The notes beneath the pieces are model-generated. The model did not search any database and was not told the DNA's origin. It saw only the letters and a list, made by a program, of their open reading frames with translations. From an uncultured delta proteobacterium (GTDB lineage: Bacteria > Desulfobacterota > Binatia > UBA9968), in NCBI GenBank assembly GCA_963760795.1, contig CAVXEP010000013.1:224001-288000 (forward strand): a stretch of DNA of 64,000 nt, given 5' to 3'. Positions 60,985-64,000 of the stretch are shown in pieces. A program made the translations under genes and the position numbers. Numbering within the stretch: the first letter of the stretch is position 1; the number at the start of each line of letters is the position of its first letter.

Positions 60985-62472
60985 TCACGCCCCCGGAAAC
61001 GGGATCACTCCTTTGAACTTGGCGATGGTCTTCTCGCGCAGCTCGCGGCTCGACCGGCTGACTTTGGGAAACTTATCTTTCCAATGATACGGCCGCACGG
61101 CGTAGAAGATCGCCCGGCCGTTGGTGTGATCCTTGTTATCGCGCTTTTCCGGCGGCATGCGCGGATCGAGGGGCGTGCTCCAGCAGCCGTCGATGATGTC
61201 GATATTGGTCGGCGGATCGACCCGCGTCATCATCGCCCACAGCACTTCTTTCATATTGGTCGGGTCGATATCCTCGTCGACCACCACCACGTAACGGCCG
61301 TTACGATTGGCCGCCGCGCAGCTGAGCGCCGCTTGCCCCGCCTGCTTGGCATGTCCGGCGTATTTTTGCTTGATCGAAACGACGGTCATATAGGAAGTGT
61401 GATTGTAGACGCCGGCGATGTCTTGAATGCCGGCGCTCTCCAATTGATCCCACAGCACGCCGGCGGAGATATGCAGATCCATCTTCACCGCCCCCGGCCA
61501 CAGCGGCGCCTCGTCTTCGAGGATCGGATCGTTGCGGTAGTAGATCGCTTTGATGCGAATGATCGGTTGGTTCTCGCCGGTGCCGCCGGTGCCGCCGGAA
61601 TAATAACCCGGCCATTCGCCGAACGGTCCTTCGGGCCGCGCCTCTTCCGACGGCGGCGGAATCTCGCCTTCAATGGCGATCTCCGAGGACGCCGGTATCG
61701 GCAAGCCGGTAATCGGCCCGCGTAAAACTTCCAGCGGCCGGCCCATCAAGCCGCCGGAGATTTCCATCTCCGAGCGGCCGTAGGGAAACTTCGTGTACGA
61801 CGGCATGAACACCATCGGATGCTGGCCGTAACTCGCCACCACCGGGCAGCTCTTGCCCTTGTCCCAATACTTGGCGCAAATCTGCCGGCCGTTCTGGCCG
61901 GGGCTCATCCAAAGGCCGAGCGTGTTTTTGTCGTGCAACTGCATGCGGTAGGTGCCGCTGTTGACATAACCGTTGTCGGGATCGCGATTGATCAATCCGC
62001 CGCCGGGCCCAAAGTAGCGCCCGCCGTCGTTCTCGTGAAATCGCAACGCGGGAAACTTGAGCAAGTTAACGTCGCTGCCGGTCAATTTGTTTTCGAACAG
62101 CGGCGAGCTGCTTACTTCCTTCGGCGCAATCGGCTCGGCACTGCGCACCTTGCGCGCCGCCAGACGCAAGGTTTCTAATTTAGTCTTGTCGGTGGGCAAT
62201 CCCAGCGCCAAGGCCACGCGGCGGTACGCCGCGTAAGGCAAGCTGCAAACCCGAAACCCCGCCGGATAGCCTTTGACCTTGTCGAAGATCAGCATCGGCG
62301 GTTGCGACACCAACTCGGCGGTGGACTCGACCAACGCGCCGATCTCGGCATCCCAATCCGCTCCTTCGATGATCCGAAAGTCGCTGATCTTTTTCGCCTC
62401 TTCAATGAAGCTGCGGAAATCTGTGTAAGCAAGTTCGCCATATTTAGTTCTCCTCGAATTATCGTCTGTCAT
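60985..62472 (-). CDS. UbiD-family (prFMN-dependent) decarboxylase
   Basis: DGGRY, NSGTYR, EGPFGEWPGYY, VVVVDEDIDP, WAMMTR. Confidence 0.92.
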   Translation of the reverse strand: MTDDNSRRTKYGELAYTDFRSFIEEAKKISDFRIIEGADWDAEIGALVESTAELVSQPPMLIFDKVKGYPAGFRVCSLPYAAYRRVALALGLPTDKTKLETLRLAARKVRSAEPIAPKEVSSSPLFENKLTGSDVNLLKFPALRFHENDGGRYFGPGGGLINRDPDNGYVNSGTYRMQLHDKNTLGLWMSPGQNGRQICAKYWDKGKSCPVVASYGQHPMVFMPSYTKFPYGRSEMEISGGLMGRPLEVLRGPITGLPIPASSEIAIEGEIPPPSEEARPEGPFGEWPGYYSGGTGGTGENQPIIRIKAIYYRNDPILEDEAPLWPGAVKMDLHISAGVLWDQLESAGIQDIAGVYNHTSYMTVVSIKQKYAGHAKQAGQAALSCAAANRNGRYVVVVDEDIDPTNMKEVLWAMMTRVDPPTNIDIIDGCWSTPLDPRMPPEKRDNKDHTNGRAIFYAVRPYHWKDKFPKVSRSSRELREKTIAKFKGVIPFPGA

Positions 62473-62530
62473 GTTCGACTAGCGACAGACCACCACGGCG
62501 TGCCACGAGGCCGAATCGCGATATTTGCTC

Positions 62531-63649
62531 CTACTTCGGATCCTTCTTGGAATCCGAATTTGCGTCCACTTTGCGTCCCTTGCGCCCTTTGCGTTCTTTG
62601 CGGCCAATCCTCACTCTTCCACGACTGAAATCTCCGACTTCACGCCGTTGCGCTGCAACTCTGCCAAGTACAGTCGGATGAATATCCGCAGGCTCCTCGT
62701 CCAAGGGGATCATCTCATGCAGCTTGGTGCGGAAACGGTCCTGGCTGAACTTCGGGCTGCGGCCGCGCATGGCGAAGTGGCGCAGCGTCGAATGGCCGGT
62801 GTTGAAATGGCCGTGGTACATGAGATCGCCGGGCGAGTAGATCGAGCCCGGCTTGATCTCGAAGCGCGTGCGCTCGTCGCCTTCGCGCCAGACCATCGCG
62901 AAGCCGCTGCCTTGGGTCACGCAAACGATGGCGCCGGGACCATGGCGGTGAAACAGGCTGCGGCTGCCCGCTGGGAATTCTTGAACGTGGCAGCCGTAAG
63001 TCGTGCCGGCCAGGCCGAAGCGCATGATCTTCACGCCCTTGCCCTTCATTGGATAATCGTCGAGGGCAAACTGATTGACGTCGGGAACCAGATTGGACTC
63101 CCATGACCGTACCGTCAATTTCTTGTTCTCATTGAAAAATTCCCGGTCCGGCCGGAAGCGGTCGCGAAACTGGAATGGATTGCGAAAAATAAAATCCTCG
63201 TTGTGAAATAAATTAATCACGTGAGGCGCGTTGGTGCCGGCGAGAAAGCGCACCGGCTCATTGGACGCGTTGAAGTGCTGATAGGAAACGTTGAGCGGAA
63301 TCGCGAAGATCGCCCCCGCCGCCCACTCGAAAGTCTGCTTGGCGTCGCCCTCGAACCAAACCGTGGTCGCGCCCCGCCCTTTGTGAATGTAGATCAGCGT
63401 CTCGAACATATGATGCTGCGGCTCGGTCTGCTTGCCGGCGGGAATCTCGCAGATATAGGCGTCGTTCTCCTGCTGCTCGCCCATGTTCAGGTAGGAGCCG
63501 AGCGCCCCCATGCGCGCCCAAGGCTTGACCTCGACGTCCATCAAGTCTTCGATGAAAAAGCCGGTGACCGAGGGGATACCCTCTTTCTCCTGAAACAGTT
63601 CATAAGCTGTCAGACCCAGCTGAATCGGGTCGCGGTGCGGCAATCGCAT
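62531..63649 (-). CDS. Bicupin protein
   Basis: QHHMFE...YQHFN and FHRHGPG...YHGHFN; native stop probably ~62611 (terminal frameshift). Confidence 0.85.
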   Translation of the reverse strand: MRLPHRDPIQLGLTAYELFQEKEGIPSVTGFFIEDLMDVEVKPWARMGALGSYLNMGEQQENDAYICEIPAGKQTEPQHHMFETLIYIHKGRGATTVWFEGDAKQTFEWAAGAIFAIPLNVSYQHFNASNEPVRFLAGTNAPHVINLFHNEDFIFRNPFQFRDRFRPDREFFNENKKLTVRSWESNLVPDVNQFALDDYPMKGKGVKIMRFGLAGTTYGCHVQEFPAGSRSLFHRHGPGAIVCVTQGSGFAMVWREGDERTRFEIKPGSIYSPGDLMYHGHFNTGHSTLRHFAMRGRSPKFSQDRFRTKLHEMIPLDEEPADIHPTVLGRVAAQRREVGDFSRGRVRIGRKERKGRKGRKVDANSDSKKDPK

Positions 63650-63838
63650 GAATCAAATTCTCCTTGCGCCGGGCAAAATGCTGCGCAGCTGTTCGCTTAA
63701 CGTTAGAAATTCTATATTCTTGGCAGGGAGAAACTGCAAGGTGAGGTTGTTTAGGTATCAACTAATCTGGCGGGCGCCGGAAATGGCGAGCCGGACTTCT
63801 AGCAATAGCTCGAATCAAAGCCGCGAAAAAGCTTAGAA

Positions 63839-64000
63839 CTAGTTGATAGCAAAATAATCAACCATGATCTGCGGGATTTTGTCATAGTGCTCATCAGTGG
63901 TGACGACACGTAGCCCATGCTCCATAGCGCTTGCCGCGATCCAGATATCATTGGTGGGTATTGGGGTACCGGCTTGCCATAGCGAATTGAGAATAACCGC
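63839..64000 (-). CDS. vapC: PIN-domain VapC toxin, C-terminal part (runs off the window)
   Basis: Manual translation: AVILNSLWQAGTPIPTNDIWIAASAMEHGLRVVTTDEHYDKIPQIMVDYFAIN*. Confidence 0.85.
   Translation of the reverse strand, partial: AVILNSLWQAGTPIPTNDIWIAASAMEHGLRVVTTDEHYDKIPQIMVDYFAIN

Overview
GC-rich bacterial window; the gene families suggest a Candidatus Binatia-like deltaproteobacterial MAG (inference only). It starts with two Bug/TctC solute receptors and an MFS transporter on the + strand. A long minus-strand aromatic-catabolism-type supercluster follows (3989-15316 and 34945-63649): 12 paralogous FbpA/TbpA-like binding proteins, one ABC permease plus ATPase, 6 Rieske oxygenase large subunits, 2 Gfo/Idh/MocA dehydrogenases, 3 bicupins, a 4,5-dihydroxyphthalate-decarboxylase-like protein and a UbiD decarboxylase. 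A ~19.4 kb accessory block (15485-34918) interrupts it. This block is built around orphan ABC_sub_bind (PF04392-like) genes bordered by heptamer repeats. It carries a 12-GAF histidine kinase with alternating constant and variable modules, a stranded integron-type MOSC cassette, a TPR-PrsW protease, and a VapBC pair that replaces the interior of one ABC_sub_bind gene. It also holds an ORF-less group II intron whose EBS1 matches the conserved last codons of that gene family and which sits exactly before the stop codon. Two more solo ABC_sub_bind genes and an MNT-HEPN module flanked by a duplicated gene 3' end lie inside the catabolic cluster. No integrase, transposase, reverse transcriptase, tRNA, rRNA or CRISPR array is visible. 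The many single-base frameshifts concentrate in multicopy families and are probably long-read or polishing errors.
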